Shown piece by piece: positions 34,524 through 36,189 of a stretch of 36,189 nt of DNA. The stretch comes from PVC group bacterium. GTDB lineage: Bacteria; Verrucomicrobiota; Kiritimatiellia; SS1-B-03-39; UBA6053. Location of the stretch: contig PXDP01000253.1 in the NCBI GenBank assembly GCA_003565035.1, forward strand, positions 1 to 36,189, given 5' to 3'. The position numbers and the translations under genes were made by a program. The notes under the pieces were generated by a model. That model did not search any database. It was not told the DNA's origin and worked only from the letters and a program-made list of their open reading frames with translations. The first letter of the stretch is position 1; each line of letters starts with the position of its first letter.

Positions 34524-36189
34524 CCCCGGTGCTGGCGCTGATTCAGGCGGAGGGGGGGGATCGGGACCGGGCACTGGATGCTCTGGTAGCGGGCCTTTCG
34601 CTGGAAGGCTTGTGGGCGGTCTGCCGCGAGCTGGATGATTTTCAGAAGCAGAGCGGCAATTTGTACGAGCGGGTGCGGGCGCTGTTTTTTCTGCATGCGC
34701 TTTTCCGCTATCATTTGCCGCGGACACCGGGGCTGTCCACGGACGGCCGGATTCCGTATGAGGGAGTGCGTCTGCTGCACCGGCGCCGCTTTGAGGAGGC
34801 GCTGGAGCTGTTTATGGGGACGGCGCGTGAGGCGGGTTTGTCGGATCCGCTGTGCAGCGCGGTGGCGGAGGCGGCGCATCAGCTTGCGATCCAGAATTTG
34901 GCGAATCAGGTGCGCAAATCGGTGCGGTCGGTGCGGGGGAATCAGTGGATGTTCCGGCTGGGCCATGTGGCGGATCAGACGCTGCGGGTTCGCCGGGAGC
35001 TGCGGACACCGGGGGCAAACGGGCTGTATCCGCTGCTGCGGGAGCAGACCCCGGTGCGCATGGATCTGACGCACAGCGGGTGGAGCGATATTTTCTTTTT
35101 GGGGATGGATTATCCGGAAGGCGCACGGGTGATCAATGTGTCGATTGATCTGGCGGTGCATGGGCGGGGGCAGGCGCCGGCGCCGCCGGTGCAGGCGTAT
35201 CTGCGGGTGATTGATGAGCCGGTGCTGCGACTGGTATCGGTGGATCTGGGGGTGAAAGCGGATGTGGCGTCGCTTGCGGATGTGTATGATTTTGCCAAGG
35301 ATTATCTGGGATTGCTGAAGGCGGCGGTGATTGCCTCCGGGCTGGTGCCGCCGGGGATGGAGGGCTCGGGGCAGAAACTGTCGGATGTCCTGTCGGGGCT
35401 GGTGGGTCCGGGGCAGGGCCTGGAGCTGGTGAGCCATGTGAATGGAATTCCGAAGGGCTCGCGGCTGGCGGTTTCGACGAATTTGCTGGCCTCGCTGATT
35501 GCGGTATGCATGCGGGCCACCGGTCAGACGCAGGCGATGTCGGGCGGACTGACGGAGGCGGAGCGGCGGATTGTGGCCTCGCGGGCAATTCTGGGGGAGT
35601 GGCTGGGCGGTTCGGGCGGAGGCTGGCAGGACAGCGGCGGGGTGTGGCCGGGAATCAAGCTGATCGAGGGCTGCGAGGCCGGTCCGGCCGATCCGGAATT
35701 CGGGGTCAGCCGCGGGTGCCTGCTGCCGAAACACAGGATTTTGACCGGGGAGGATGTGCCGCCGGATTCCCGCCGCAAGCTGGCGGAGAGCCTGATTCTC
35801 GTTCACGGGGGCATGGCCCAGAACGTGGGGCCGATCCTGGAAATGGTGACCGAAAAATATTTGCTGCGTTCCGGTGCGGAGTGGACTGCGCGTCAGGAGG
35901 CACTGACCTATCTGGATGAAGTGCTCGGGGCTCTGAAGGCTGGGGATATCCGCGAACTGGGGGCGATCACCACCCGGAATTTCACCGGACCGCTCCAGGC
36001 GATTATTCCCTGGGCGACCAATCATTACACTGAGACGCTGATCCGGCTGACGCGCGGGCGATTCGGGGACGCGTTTTGGGGGTTCTGGATGTTGGGCGGA
36101 ATGTCTGGCGGCGGGATGGGCTTCATTGTGGACCCGTCCGTGCGCGCCGAGGCACAGGCCTTTCTGTTGGAGACGATGGGGCGGGTGAA
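34520..36189 (+). CDS. GHMP-family sugar kinase, fucokinase/HddA-like, with a roughly 290-aa N-terminal extension (partial, runs off window end)
   Basis: This gene is not in the supplied ORF track because no stop occurs before the window end. My hand translation from GTG 34520 (GTGA overlap with the upstream stop) stays open to 36189. Motifs: [22 protein letters not shown] (GHMP motif II-like), [20 protein letters not shown] (GWQD[QS] sugar-kinase motif) and [15 protein letters not shown] (GHMP C-terminal motif). Confidence 0.7.
   Translation, partial: MTPVLALIQAEGGDRDRALDALVAGLSLEGLWAVCRELDDFQKQSGNLYERVRALFFLHALFRYHLPRTPGLSTDGRIPYEGVRLLHRRRFEEALELFMGTAREAGLSDPLCSAVAEAAHQLAIQNLANQVRKSVRSVRGNQWMFRLGHVADQTLRVRRELRTPGANGLYPLLREQTPVRMDLTHSGWSDIFFLGMDYPEGARVINVSIDLAVHGRGQAPAPPVQAYLRVIDEPVLRLVSVDLGVKADVASLADVYDFAKDYLGLLKAAVIASGLVPPGMEGSGQKLSDVLSGLVGPGQGLELVSHVNGIPKGSRLAVSTNLLASLIAVCMRATGQTQAMSGGLTEAERRIVASRAILGEWLGGSGGGWQDSGGVWPGIKLIEGCEAGPADPEFGVSRGCLLPKHRILTGEDVPPDSRRKLAESLILVHGGMAQNVGPILEMVTEKYLLRSGAEWTARQEALTYLDEVLGALKAGDIRELGAITTRNFTGPLQAIIPWATNHYTETLIRLTRGRFGDAFWGFWMLGGMSGGGMGFIVDPSVRAEAQAFLLETMGRV

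Noticed and set aside
33375-34727. 450-aa minus-strand ORF overlapping the nucleotidyltransferase gene
   Set aside because: The product is R/H/P/Q-rich and low-complexity. The opposite strand encodes a protein with a clear NTP-transferase N-terminal pattern.
34466-36025. 519-aa minus-strand ORF, the longest ORF listed for this region
   Set aside because: Its translation is low-complexity R/P/Q/H-rich sequence with no motifs. It lies antisense to a plus-strand frame that encodes recognisable GHMP-kinase motifs. It is a typical shadow ORF of GC-rich DNA.
1-36189. Scan for CRISPR arrays, tRNA/rRNA genes, transposases, integrases and phage genes
   Set aside because: I saw no repeat-spacer architecture, no tRNA T-loop (GGTTCGAATCC-like) or rRNA signatures in intergenic regions, and no recombinase-like ORFs. 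This visual scan cannot exclude small ncRNAs.

Overview
GC-rich bacterial chromosomal window. The many signal-peptide, lipoprotein, TPR and PA14-like proteins are reminiscent of PVC-group bacteria, but that is inference only. About 33 protein genes are supported. I found no rRNA, tRNA, CRISPR array, transposase or integrase. Confident housekeeping calls are serS, an Fe/Mn superoxide dismutase with a Tat-type signal, a TrmJ-like RNA methyltransferase, a stand-alone EF-G, leuA and a rhamnulokinase. The most interesting features are: (1) A roughly 5 kb low-GC island (17281-22330) encodes a 1116-aa methyltransferase / coiled-coil / GT2 / GT4-like fusion protein. It is followed by a sulfotransferase-methyltransferase fusion; the pair looks like a self-contained glycan polymerisation and capping module. 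(2) A leucine-type attenuator lies upstream of leuA: a TTGACA-16-TATTCT promoter, a 22-codon leader peptide with five consecutive Leu codons, and an intrinsic terminator. (3) A TPR-TPR-ExbB-ExbD-ExbD cluster has no TonB or TolA partner. (4) A split Fkp-like sugar-1-kinase / nucleotidyltransferase pair sits at the 3' end. Its kinase gene is missing from the supplied ORF track because it runs off the window, and is masked by a long spurious antisense ORF. (5) A same-strand block of four envelope proteins of unknown function includes an EF-hand-like membrane protein, a PA14-like anchored protein, and a lipoprotein carrying a G10 tract. Many long ORFs in the track are antisense shadow ORFs typical of GC-rich DNA and were rejected.
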